This document shows, piece by piece, positions 18,558 through 27,481 of a stretch of DNA of 59,473 bases. Within the stretch, counting starts at the first letter, position 1, and each line of letters begins with the position of its first letter. The position numbers were made by a program, and so were the translations under genes. Location of the stretch: IMG/VR virus record IMGVR_UViG_3300044840_000012, positions 1-59,473 of that record; one strand, given 5' to 3'. The stretch comes from a virus (lineage: Duplodnaviria; Caudoviricetes). The notes under the pieces are model-generated. The model saw only the letters and a program-made list of their open reading frames with translations. It searched no databases and was not told the origin of the DNA.

Positions 18558-19039
18558 TACAGCTCGAAGTCGAAGACGAGCGTCTTGACCGCCTCGTCGA
18601 GTACGTGGGTGATGAGCAGCTCCACCTCGACCACCTTGCTCTCCAGCGCCGGCTGGAGAAACGGGTGCGTCGGCTGGTCGACCCAGCGGTCTTTGTGGCC
18701 GAACACGGGATGACGGAACGACGACGGCGAGGAGCCTGCCCGGGAGGACTTGCGACTCCCGGTGTTGCCGAGCTCGAGGAGAGCGGCCTCGGGGACCTTG
18801 GCCCTTCCCGCGGCTACCTGCACATTGACGCCCGACGCGAGCACCCGGATCGTCTCGGCGATCTTCTCGCTGTACGCGCGGCGCTTCGCCTCGTCGGCGA
18901 CGACCTGGCCCGCTTCACGCATCTGCACGCGAAGGTGGATCGGGATGTCCGGCTGCGCCTTCCCGAGGGCCTTGACCAGGCCGCCGAAGCTGCGCGTGTC
19001 TACGGTGAGGGCCGTGCTCGCCCGAACGGACTTAGCCAT
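18557..19039 (-). CDS. HK97 gp10-like tail completion protein
   Basis: EAGQVVADEAKRRA...LLELG...QPTHPFLQPAL. Confidence 0.75.
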   Translation of the reverse strand: MAKSVRASTALTVDTRSFGGLVKALGKAQPDIPIHLRVQMREAGQVVADEAKRRAYSEKIAETIRVLASGVNVQVAAGRAKVPEAALLELGNTGSRKSSRAGSSPSSFRHPVFGHKDRWVDQPTHPFLQPALESKVVEVELLITHVLDEAVKTLVFDFEL

Positions 19040-19199
19040 TCTGGACCTCCTTCAGGAGACGGGCCGTCTCGAACGCCACGGCCTGCGCGAAGTTGATGTA
19101 CGAGGGGTCCTCGCACTCCCAGAGCGCCGTCAGGTCAAGCGCGTGAAGTGCGGCGAGGTTCGCACCGAGCTGGACTAGCTCGGTGCGGCGGAGTTTCCC
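19032..19199 (-). CDS. -1 frameshift extension of the tail assembly chaperone (GT-like)
   Basis: Slippery heptamer GGGAAAC at 19199-19193; -1 frame open to TAA at 19032 (LRRTELVQLGANLAALHALD...KEVQNG). Confidence 0.85.
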   Translation of the reverse strand, partial: GKLRRTELVQLGANLAALHALDLTALWECEDPSYINFAQAVAFETARLLKEVQNG

Positions 19200-19684
19200 A
19201 CCTGCACCGCATCTGTCTTGACGCCCACGCCCTCATACCACGACTCGAGAGCGGTGTAGAGCATGACGAGTTGGACCTCGTTGGGGATCGCGACGAACAC
19301 CGCCTGGAGGTCGGTCATCGGGATCCCGTCGGGTGAGGCTGTCGAGCCTTCCTCGACGTACTCCGCGAACTGGACGCCGAGCCCCATGTTGAGCGGGGCG
19401 CGCTGAGTCCCGTCGACGCCGTAGAGCGTCACGCACGACTTGAGAAGAGTCTCGGCCGCCACGTTCACCTGCTGCTCCGCGCCGTCGAGATGGGAGTGCC
19501 GATCCACGATTCCCCGGACGTCCGACCACTTGTCGAGAGCCCGGAAGGTGCCCCAGATGGTGCCCTCGAACCCGGGGATCTCGAAGTCCTTCGTGTGGCG
19601 ATGCTGGGCGGCTGCCCGGGCGGCCCGCACACGGTCGCGGAAGGCGTCTGGTGCGGGTACTGCGGCTACTTCGGGGGTGCTCAA
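19175..19684 (-). CDS. Tail assembly chaperone (G-like)
   Basis: Follows tube gene; ends just after a G GGA AAC slippery site. Confidence 0.8.
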   Translation of the reverse strand: MSTPEVAAVPAPDAFRDRVRAARAAAQHRHTKDFEIPGFEGTIWGTFRALDKWSDVRGIVDRHSHLDGAEQQVNVAAETLLKSCVTLYGVDGTQRAPLNMGLGVQFAEYVEEGSTASPDGIPMTDLQAVFVAIPNEVQLVMLYTALESWYEGVGVKTDAVQVGNSAAPS

Positions 19685-19699
19685 TGCGTTCCCTTCGGG

Positions 19700-20125
19700 T
19701 TAGGTGATCGGGCCGTGCGGTCCGACGGTGATGACGAGGTCGGCCTTCGTGTTCGACTCGGAGTCGTAGTTCGGGCGGGCGGCCGAGAGCAGGATTCCGG
19801 TGTAGCTGATCGTGGCGTTCGGGACGGCGTTGCCGTTCGCGTCGAGCAGCTGGTAGACGAGCGTGACCGAGAGCTTTCCGGCGCCGTTGTCGAGCTGCTT
19901 GTAGACGGCGAACATCGAGTCGGACCACGGCCGCTTGACGGTCAGCGTCGACCGCTGGCTCATCCCGCCGAGCTCCACTTGGGGGCTCATGCCGCCAGGG
20001 CGGATCTGGACGGACGTGGCGACGTTGTCGCCCCCCTCTATCACCGACCATGAGGCGTTGTCGAGAGCCACACCGGCTACGGAGACGTAGACGGCGCTCT
20101 GATCCGTTCTGTAGTAAGTGGGCAC
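19700..20125 (-). CDS. Tail tube protein
   Basis: After sheath; GGAGG RBS; EGG...RPGG...LTVKR...LDANGN...YTGIL pattern of contractile tubes. Confidence 0.8.
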   Translation of the reverse strand: MPTYYRTDQSAVYVSVAGVALDNASWSVIEGGDNVATSVQIRPGGMSPQVELGGMSQRSTLTVKRPWSDSMFAVYKQLDNGAGKLSVTLVYQLLDANGNAVPNATISYTGILLSAARPNYDSESNTKADLVITVGPHGPIT

Positions 20126-20135
20126 CGGGGGCCTC

Positions 20136-21809
20136 CTAGGCGGGGATCGTGCTGGTGATCGGAATGGACGTAAGGGAGTAAGTCCCCGACTGCATGAACG
20201 GACTAATCCGGACCAGCACGTTGGCGTTCAGCGCCCCCGCCTGCTCGGTGGTCGTCGTGTTGATCGGCGGCGTGAGAATTGCCTTGCCGGCATCGGTCGC
20301 ATCCGCTCCGTACAGCGCGTCGGCCGACCAGTGGCGGGCAATCATCGCCATCAGTTCTCCCGTGACCTTGCCGATCAGGAGATTCCGGCCGTCGATCGAC
20401 TGGAACATGTGGGAGTTGAGGATGCCCGTCCCCTCGTTGACCAGCGCCATCCGCTCGTAGCCGGCCGAGGCCTGCCAGAAGATCGGGTCCGCCGACTGGA
20501 GCACGCCGCTCGAGAACCCGCAGAGGCACAGCGCCGGAAGACCAAGCCCGGTCTTCGGGGTCTGGAATGTGTTGAACCCGACGGCGTTGAGGCTGATCGT
20601 GTCCGCGAGGCTGTAGGTGTTCGTGAACCCCGTGACGTAGCGCAGCGGGTAGTTGACGCCCGACGGGGCCTGGTTGTCGTTCCCCGTCGCCGACACGCGC
20701 GCCCGCAGGGCAGCCACGACCGCGGAAGAGCCGACGGTACGAGACGTTGCCGTCGCGAACGGGTTCGGCACGATGCACTGGGCGCCTGCGACGACGAGAT
20801 ACCCGGCGTAGGTCGAGTTGTTGATCGCCGTCATCGCGGCGATGATCGTCGCGGCCGTCGGGGTGTCCGGCAGCTCCACGGCGCCCATCCGATTGACGCC
20901 GGTCGATACGCAGTGCGCGCCGATGCCGGCCCAGATCGTCGGGCTCGTCTGGCCGGGGATCGCGACCGTGCCCGGCCCGAGGGCCGGCGGGAAGTTCGCG
21001 AGCGCGCCCACCCGGATCGTGTCGGTGATGTCGGTGATGTTGCCGCCCCCCGCCAGCGCCGTCGCCGCGGTCGTCGTCGGGACGTTGGTCGTGAAGCCCG
21101 AGCCCGCGCTTTGCGAGAACGCGACGAACGCCGACGTCGTGTCGGCGAAGAGTTGGGCGGTCGTGTTGTAGGGGCCGTGGGTCTCGAGAATGTTGCCGCT
21201 CGAGTCCTGCACCGTGACGGTGTACTTGGTCGGGGTGATCGTCACGCCCGTCGCGGTCGCCGTCGCGGCCTGGGAGAGCGTCAGGGTGCTCGACCCGGGT
21301 GTGACCGAAGCGACATAGGTCCCCGCCGGGATGCCCGTCCCGGAGACCGGGGTGCCGACGCCGATGTTCGCGAAGCTCGAGACGTTCGTGACCGTGATGC
21401 TCGAGGCGGTGTTGCCGGTGAGCGTCGCGGCGGTCGACAGGGCGACCGCAACCTTGAAGGCATTCCCGTCCACGCCGGGGCTCAGGGCGGAGACCACGAC
21501 GGTCGGGTGCGGCGTGACATCGCTCAGCGTCAGTGTCGCCGCGATGGACGTGGCGTCGTTGACGCGGGTGACGTAGCAGACGCTTCCGCCCTCGTGGAAG
21601 AACACGTCGACGGCGTCGTACAGCGTAGCGCTCGTCGGTGACCTCGCCCCGAATGCGATCGTGTAGTCGTTGATGCTGGCGCAGCGCACGTAGGTCGTGC
21701 CGGGCCCCTGGTCGGCCTCGCCGGCGAAGAACGCCCGGCCGGTCGCCCCGGGTCCACCGGTTCCCGCCTGGAGGATCTCGTTGCTCGTGAAGGTGATTCC
21801 AAGGCCCAT
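20136..21809 (-). CDS. Contractile tail sheath protein
   Basis: AFFAGEADQGP...SINDYTIAFG...YDAVDVFFHEGGSVCYVTRV; C-terminal VLVRISPF. Confidence 0.92.
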   Translation of the reverse strand: MGLGITFTSNEILQAGTGGPGATGRAFFAGEADQGPGTTYVRCASINDYTIAFGARSPTSATLYDAVDVFFHEGGSVCYVTRVNDATSIAATLTLSDVTPHPTVVVSALSPGVDGNAFKVAVALSTAATLTGNTASSITVTNVSSFANIGVGTPVSGTGIPAGTYVASVTPGSSTLTLSQAATATATGVTITPTKYTVTVQDSSGNILETHGPYNTTAQLFADTTSAFVAFSQSAGSGFTTNVPTTTAATALAGGGNITDITDTIRVGALANFPPALGPGTVAIPGQTSPTIWAGIGAHCVSTGVNRMGAVELPDTPTAATIIAAMTAINNSTYAGYLVVAGAQCIVPNPFATATSRTVGSSAVVAALRARVSATGNDNQAPSGVNYPLRYVTGFTNTYSLADTISLNAVGFNTFQTPKTGLGLPALCLCGFSSGVLQSADPIFWQASAGYERMALVNEGTGILNSHMFQSIDGRNLLIGKVTGELMAMIARHWSADALYGADATDAGKAILTPPINTTTTEQAGALNANVLVRISPFMQSGTYSLTSIPITSTIPA

Positions 21810-21819
21810 AGCGCTGCTC

Positions 21820-22485
21820 CTAGCTCGTGAGTGGTTCGCCGGTGACCGTGAGGTCAGTGGTCGCGACGGTCGGGAACTGCCCGAACGGCGCATCAGGGGT
21901 GCCGCCGTATTCCGGGCTTTCGGGCGGCGTGTCGGTCCCCGGCCCGGCGCTGGGAACAACGATCGGGGAAACTGTCGATGCGAAGGTCGTGACGCACAGC
22001 GCGATGCGGCGCTGATCGGCGGTAGGCAGACTCACCCTTGGCGCACCGGTCATCACCGTCTCGATCGCCACGCCCTGAAGGCCGCCGTGCTGGCAGACCG
22101 CGAGCATGACCGCGGCGCCGTAGAACGAGGCGATCATGCGCGCGCGGTCTTCGTCGCCGTCGATGACGACCACCCCGACCTGCACGTCGTATGTCTGGAA
22201 GATCCCCTCGGCGAACCGCTCCGGGGGGCCTTGCGGGACGACGACGACGATGACCGCCGGGGTGTTGTTCTGGTTGTAGGAGAGGAAGTCAACCCCGCCG
22301 TAGGTGCAGTCGATGTTCGGCTGGCGGGTGACCGTCGACGCGTCCAGGCCGTTCTGGCGCTCAACCTCGGCAAGGCAGACCTCAAGCCATCCGGCAGCCC
22401 CCGCGCCCGTGGCGGCCCCGAGGAGGCCGATGTAGGCCCGCTCGACGTTCCAGGTGCTGATGCACGGCCCGAAGATGCTGGTCAT
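21820..22485 (-). CDS. Neck / tail-terminator protein
   Basis: Between head-tail connector and sheath; PAVIVVVVP motif. Confidence 0.65.
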   Translation of the reverse strand: MTSIFGPCISTWNVERAYIGLLGAATGAGAAGWLEVCLAEVERQNGLDASTVTRQPNIDCTYGGVDFLSYNQNNTPAVIVVVVPQGPPERFAEGIFQTYDVQVGVVVIDGDEDRARMIASFYGAAVMLAVCQHGGLQGVAIETVMTGAPRVSLPTADQRRIALCVTTFASTVSPIVVPSAGPGTDTPPESPEYGGTPDAPFGQFPTVATTDLTVTGEPLTS

Positions 22486-23108
22486 GCGATCGACGGGCCC
22501 CGTCGGGTTGGCCCGAGCATCCGCCGAGCGCTCGGCGGAAGGGCGGACATGAGCGTCACGCCCACGTCCAGCGCGTCGGCGGGCGCGAAGCGACCCGCGC
22601 CAACGGCCTGCGTCGTCTCGTAGTTGACTCTCACCGCCTCCAGGCACGCCAACCGGACGTTTGCCGGCACCGACGCCTGCCCGGCCTGGTACACGATGTG
22701 GACGCTGTCCGGTCCCGCCGGGAACGCGACCGTCCCGCCGCCCGCGGATCGGCGGGTGATGATGCCGAGGCGCACGTTGACCTCGAAGCTGTAGATCGTG
22801 CCGAGCGACGCGTCGGCCACGTCGACCAGGGAGTACGCCGTGGACCCGACGTACTCCGTCGCCGAGAGCACATTCAGCACGGGAGAAGTCCCGTATCCCA
22901 CCGACGGGCGATGCGACAGGCTGATGATGTGGTTGCCACCCGCGTAGCTCTCGTCGTAAATCTGCGGGACGATCGGTCCGGTCAGCGACTCGATCTCGGG
23001 TCGCGCCGCCTCGAGCATCATCTCGAGCTCGGCGTCCCGGTCCGATGTCCTGATCGACAGGAACTGTTTGACCTCCGCGAGCGTGACGAGCGCCGTTGGG
23101 TACGCCAT
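22482..23108 (-). CDS. Head-tail connector (gp6/gp15-like)
   Basis: LVTLAEVKQFL...DAELEMMLEAA...VYQAG..VPANVRLACLE...LPPSARRML. Confidence 0.88.
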   Translation of the reverse strand: MAYPTALVTLAEVKQFLSIRTSDRDAELEMMLEAARPEIESLTGPIVPQIYDESYAGGNHIISLSHRPSVGYGTSPVLNVLSATEYVGSTAYSLVDVADASLGTIYSFEVNVRLGIITRRSAGGGTVAFPAGPDSVHIVYQAGQASVPANVRLACLEAVRVNYETTQAVGAGRFAPADALDVGVTLMSALPPSARRMLGPTRRGPSIA

Positions 23109-23293
23109 CAGTCGGAGCCCTCCCATAGAAGCGGCTCCGCTTCCGGCTGTGGGGAACGGACGCTGAACCCGAACGGAACGCGATGAGCGTTCTCCGGGTC
23201 ATCGCGCTTGTCGGCCGGCTCGACCACGCTGATCGTGGGCGAGCCGCCGGCCGTCAGGGTCCAACGCCACTCGTCGCCGTGCCAGTAGCCCAT
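23108..23293 (-). CDS. Small hypothetical protein
   Basis: TGATG coupling on both sides. Confidence 0.55.
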   Translation of the reverse strand: MGYWHGDEWRWTLTAGGSPTISVVEPADKRDDPENAHRVPFGFSVRSPQPEAEPLLWEGSD

Positions 23294-23673
23294 CAGGGAA
23301 GCGTCTCCCCGAGAAGCGACGACCGGACTGACTGGAAGGCGTCGATGTAGCAGCGCGCGGTGTGGCGAGCCGGGTCGTCCTCGTTGAGAGCGTCCCGCCT
23401 TGCGCGCCACAGGGTGACCGCCGCGTCGAGGTACTCGCGCACCTCCCACTGCTGCAGTGGCGTAGGCGGATCCTCATTCGCCTGCGAGAGCAAGATCGGC
23501 TGGCCGTTCGTCGGGCACGGCGCCCAATGCGTCAGCGGCCGAGACCCATCGTTGAGATCGAGCGGATACGCGAGGGGCTCAAAGGTCAGATCAACGTGAC
23601 CTTCGCCCCGACAGCGCGCACAGCCCGTCAAGCCCTTGATGTGGAGCGGCTCTCCTATGATCGCGTCGGCCAT
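23293..23673 (-). CDS. Hypothetical Cys-containing protein
   Basis: TGATG coupling; CARC...WAPCPTNGQPI. Confidence 0.65.
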   Translation of the reverse strand: MADAIIGEPLHIKGLTGCARCRGEGHVDLTFEPLAYPLDLNDGSRPLTHWAPCPTNGQPILLSQANEDPPTPLQQWEVREYLDAAVTLWRARRDALNEDDPARHTARCYIDAFQSVRSSLLGETLP

Positions 23674-23957
23674 CAGGCCGCCCCGTCTTCGCAGTCGACG
23701 CACCGGCCGACGATCTGGCCGTGCTCGCACCGCGGCAACTTCGGACGGCCACCCTTACGGGTCTCCATCGGCGGCGGATCGGCCGTCTCGCGATCGTCAC
23801 GCTCGGGCCGCTCCATCGCGGGCGGAACGGCCTGCTCGAGCAGGTGGGGGTTACCCATCCGCTCGAGCTCGACCGTCATGCACCGCGCAATCCCGGCATC
23901 ACCGCGAGCGGTAGCCCGGATCTTCGCGGCCAGGAACATCTCAGCCCTTGGGTGCAT
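23673..23957 (-). CDS. Hypothetical protein of the head region
   Basis: GGAGG RBS; C-terminal CEH...CVDC. Confidence 0.6.
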   Translation of the reverse strand: MHPRAEMFLAAKIRATARGDAGIARCMTVELERMGNPHLLEQAVPPAMERPERDDRETADPPPMETRKGGRPKLPRCEHGQIVGRCVDCEDGAA

Positions 23958-24474
23958 CGCTGCCCTCCGGGAGGAGACCGCCCGGCTTGACGTCGGGGAC
24001 GATGCTCCCGTCGTTGTCAGCACCCGCGAGAGCCGGATCCTGCTGCTTGGTCTCGAGGTGATCCTTCGCGAGCACCGGATCGCCCGGGTTGAGCGCCGGC
24101 TCCGGCGTGTCCGTGTCGCCCGTGCGACGCGCCGGGTCCTGCTCCGGGACGACGCCCGGACCAGCCGCGACGCCCTCGGGGCGCACGCCCTCCGTAGAGC
24201 CCGGCGGCACCGGCTCCCCGCTCAGCGGATGCACGTTCGGCTGACCGCCCGCCTCGACCGCCTGCGTCTGAGACTGCACCTGCTCGAACGCCGGGTCGTA
24301 GGCCTCCATCGCCGGCGGCTTGTCACCCGCGACGTTGACGCCCCGCACCGCGTTGGACGCGGTTATTACCGCGTTCTCGATACGCGCGGCGTCAGCCACG
24401 GCAACGCCTTCCATCTCTCGAGCGTCCTTCACCAGCTGCTCCAGGCGGTCCTGGATGTCGTTCTTCAGCGCCAT
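23941..24474 (-). CDS. Acidic, Pro-rich protein downstream of capsid gene
   Basis: AGGAG RBS; low-complexity sequence. Confidence 0.65.
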   Translation of the reverse strand: MALKNDIQDRLEQLVKDAREMEGVAVADAARIENAVITASNAVRGVNVAGDKPPAMEAYDPAFEQVQSQTQAVEAGGQPNVHPLSGEPVPPGSTEGVRPEGVAAGPGVVPEQDPARRTGDTDTPEPALNPGDPVLAKDHLETKQQDPALAGADNDGSIVPDVKPGGLLPEGSDAPKG

Positions 24475-24509
24475 CGTTCACTCCTGACGTTTCGCATTTA
24501 CCGAAGAGG

Positions 24510-24545
24510 AACTGGGTCCCAGTGGATAACCACCGGGACCCAGCT
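24510..24545 (-). terminator. Stem-loop after the major capsid gene
   Basis: AGCUGGGUCCCGGUGG-UUAU-CCACUGGGACCCAGUU 16-bp stem just after the stop codon. Confidence 0.75.
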
Positions 24546-24550
24546 GGGCC

Positions 24551-26179
24551 TTAGTACAGGAGACCCGCGACCGCGCCGACCGGTGCCGCGAACCCGGACC
24601 CCTCGGCGAGGGAGATCGACTGCCCGTAGCGGACGAGCATGGCGATGTAGTTGTACGCCTGGAAGCGAACTTCCAGGGTCCCCGAGAGGACCTCCTCGAG
24701 GACACGGGTCCGCATGTCGCCCTCGAACAGCCAGACGTCGTCCCACTTCGCGGCGATGCCGACGTCCTGGCCGGTGCCGCCGCCCGTCGTGTCCGTCAGC
24801 GGCACGTTGCCGTCGATGTAGACGTTCGGGCCGAACGGCACGTTGCCGGCGTAGCCCTGCGCCGGGAGCTCGGCGACCTCCGTGCTCGACATGTTCAGGC
24901 CCATCCCGCGGGGCGACTCGACCAGCGGGCGCCCCGTCGAGTCGAGACCCGTCGCGTACCAGAACCACCTGCGGGGATGCAGGAGGAAGTGGAAGTCGTT
25001 GAGGTCGAAGCGGCTGTAGGACGCCTGCGACGCCATCGCTCCCATCACCTGAACGAAGTGCTGCGGGTTCGGGGTTGTGGCGGTGTAGGTGATGATGTTC
25101 GTGCCCGCCCAGTTCGTCGCCGGGTACAGGCCGAGCACCTGGCCACCGTTGAGCGTCGCGGTGTTCGTGCCGTTGCCCCAGATCACCTGACGGTCGACGA
25201 GGCGGTTGTAGTCGGCCATGAGGTCTTCCATGACGACCTGGTCGATGATCTGCCCGGGCGACTGGTCGAGCAGCTGAATCGCGACGTCCTGCTGACCGGC
25301 GACGGTCTTGACGTTCGCCTGCACCGACGTATCGGTCAGGTCGGTCGACTGGACGGCCGCGTTGTCCGCCGTTTGGACCGCCGTGGCCGTCCCGGAGGCG
25401 AGCTTCGGGATGTTGATGCTGTCGGTGCCGGGCGGGAGGTCGAGGTTGCGAGCCAGACCCGCGGCGACGCGACCGGCGCGCAGGAGCGGGATGAACTCGT
25501 CGATCAGCCACAGCGGCGGGACGAAGTAGCCGCCCTGCCCCTGGGTCCGGTTCGGGTTGACCCGACGCTCGAACGGCGTCGCGGCCAGACCGCGACGACC
25601 GGGGCCATCGACGAACGAGCCGGTGAAGTCCTTCTCGGCCTCATCGACCTGCTTCCGCGCCCGACGCTCGCGCGCCTCCAGCCGCTTGGGCATCTCGACG
25701 TCGATCTCCTTGCCGTGGCGCTGGAGCCGCTCGCGCGCCTCGTCCGGTCCGGTGGAGCGCATCGACGCCGCGACGTTCGGCAGCTGCGAGCACGCGAGGT
25801 CCTTGAAGTACGAGAACTCCTCCGCGTTGTCGGAGCGGTACGTCATCGGCTCCCGCGTAACCGAGATGCTCGGCCGCGACGCCCGCGACGCCTCGGTCCG
25901 GCGAAGCTCCTGAAGCTCCTGCTGGTCGATACGACGCGTCAGGTCCTTGATCTCCTGCTCGCGGGCCGCGAAGTCCGCGGCGAACGTCGCCTCGGCCTCG
26001 GTGAACGCGGTGCGCTCCTCGGCGGTCGGGCGCTTGCTCTCGTCCTTGTCGGCCGCGCGCTGCTCCATCTGCGTGCGCTCGGTCTCGCGGCCCTCGATCT
26101 GGGTGCCGATCTCGTCGAGCAGGGTCTTGCGCTTGTCGAGGAGCTGCTCGAGCAGGGTCCTCTCTTCGGTGGCGTCCAT
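24551..26179 (-). CDS. Major capsid protein, HK97 fold, with N-terminal coiled-coil scaffold (542 aa)
   Basis: AAAGGAG RBS; coiled-coil N-term; GGYFVPP...INIPK...DVAIQLLDQS...LLHPRRW...DSTGRPL. Confidence 0.93.
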   Translation of the reverse strand: MDATEERTLLEQLLDKRKTLLDEIGTQIEGRETERTQMEQRAADKDESKRPTAEERTAFTEAEATFAADFAAREQEIKDLTRRIDQQELQELRRTEASRASRPSISVTREPMTYRSDNAEEFSYFKDLACSQLPNVAASMRSTGPDEARERLQRHGKEIDVEMPKRLEARERRARKQVDEAEKDFTGSFVDGPGRRGLAATPFERRVNPNRTQGQGGYFVPPLWLIDEFIPLLRAGRVAAGLARNLDLPPGTDSINIPKLASGTATAVQTADNAAVQSTDLTDTSVQANVKTVAGQQDVAIQLLDQSPGQIIDQVVMEDLMADYNRLVDRQVIWGNGTNTATLNGGQVLGLYPATNWAGTNIITYTATTPNPQHFVQVMGAMASQASYSRFDLNDFHFLLHPRRWFWYATGLDSTGRPLVESPRGMGLNMSSTEVAELPAQGYAGNVPFGPNVYIDGNVPLTDTTGGGTGQDVGIAAKWDDVWLFEGDMRTRVLEEVLSGTLEVRFQAYNYIAMLVRYGQSISLAEGSGFAAPVGAVAGLLY

Positions 26180-26338
26180 GACGGACTCCTTTTCGTTTCG
26201 GGAGAGACGCCACGCGAAAGCGCGGCGGGTTGTCGGGTCTCCCGGGCGGTGCTCGACCACAAACGACGAGCGGCAGACGATCGGCCTGCCAGCGCGTCGC
26301 TGGTGAAGTCCAACGCGGGGGGTGCTACAAGACGGGTG

Positions 26339-27481
26339 CTACCAGCCGGTCGGGATGATCGCCCCGGTCCCGGTGCAGACGCCGATCCCGGCGGGATAGC
26401 GACCGGGGAGGAACGCGGCGTAGTTGAGGAACTCGAGGCGGGCCTGAAGGGTCCCGCTGACGCCCGTGTCGACGTTGACCTTCACTCGGGGGGTCCCCTC
26501 GAGCAGGATCATGTCGGACGGCTTGCACGCGATCGCCTCGTCCTGGTTGGTGCCAGCACCGAGGTTCACCGCGATGGCGTCATCGGAGTAGGCGGGGACG
26601 CTCGCGACCGAGCCGTGAGGCCTTGTGGCGCTCTGCGCGTAACCCGGAACCGGGGTGCCCGGCGGGATCAGGGGCCGCCCGCTGCTGTCCGGCTGAGACG
26701 CCAGCCACGCCCACCGTGCCGTCCGGGTCAGGAACGCCTCCGGGGGCGCCTTCCTGGCATCCCCGACCTGAGCGACGAGCTGGCACCACGCCGTGTACAT
26801 GGCCGGGCCGGCGGGTGTTCCGGACGTGTAGGGCACCGACGCGATCCCCGGGACGTTGACGACGCCGAGAAGCTGACCGCCCGCACCCGTGCCGTTGAGC
26901 ATCTGCGTTTCGAGCTGCTCGTCGTAGGCCTGGGAGAGGTCCTTGAAGATCGCCCAGTCGAGATGAGCACCGGGGGGCGACTGCTCCAGGACCTGCATCG
27001 ACACGAGGCCGAGCCCGGCGATCGTCACCACGGGCGACGACACGGCAGCGTCAACGAGGTCAGTGTCCGAGGGCGTCCCGAGCGGGGATACCGGGGCGAC
27101 CGACCCGCCCGTCGTCAGGCGGGGGAGGTTGACCGACGAGACGCCACGCGGCAGCGGGAACGTCGGCACGAGGTCCGCGAGCACCCGGGAAGCGCGCGGC
27201 ACTCCGGCGTACTTGTCGATCAGCCAGAGGGGCGGTGAGAGGAACCCGCCCTGGCCGTCGGTCGTGTTCGGGTTGACGCGAAACTCAAGGCCCTGCTGGG
27301 CGGCCATCATGCGGGCGGCAGCGTCACGCCGCGGGATCTCGACGCCCATCTCCCGGCCGTGGCGCTCGAGCCGTTCCCGGGCCCGCTCATCTCCCCGAGC
27401 GTCGAGCGCGCGGTCACGGAAGTACGACGTCGAAGCAGCCGGGTCGTACGTGAGCGGCTCGCTGGTGATCTCGACGGTCAT
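26339..27481 (-). CDS. Second HK97-fold capsid protein lacking the coiled-coil scaffold (380 aa)
   Basis: Collinear with the downstream capsid protein: GGFLSPPLWLID...VNLPR...VSMQVLEQS...LNGTG...DSSGRPL. Confidence 0.9.
   Translation of the reverse strand: MTVEITSEPLTYDPAASTSYFRDRALDARGDERARERLERHGREMGVEIPRRDAAARMMAAQQGLEFRVNPNTTDGQGGFLSPPLWLIDKYAGVPRASRVLADLVPTFPLPRGVSSVNLPRLTTGGSVAPVSPLGTPSDTDLVDAAVSSPVVTIAGLGLVSMQVLEQSPPGAHLDWAIFKDLSQAYDEQLETQMLNGTGAGGQLLGVVNVPGIASVPYTSGTPAGPAMYTAWCQLVAQVGDARKAPPEAFLTRTARWAWLASQPDSSGRPLIPPGTPVPGYAQSATRPHGSVASVPAYSDDAIAVNLGAGTNQDEAIACKPSDMILLEGTPRVKVNVDTGVSGTLQARLEFLNYAAFLPGRYPAGIGVCTGTGAIIPTGW

Noticed and set aside
9054-21809. Stand-alone contractile injection system or tailocin
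   Set aside because: Linked to a full head, packaging and replication gene set, so it is a phage tail
20118-25002. Long plus-strand ORFs (507 aa and 546 aa)
   Set aside because: Shadow frames opposite the sheath and head genes; no recognisable domains
24977-27238. 753-aa plus-strand ORF
   Set aside because: Antisense shadow of the capsid genes caused by GC-rich codon usage; Arg/Val/Gly-rich with no motifs
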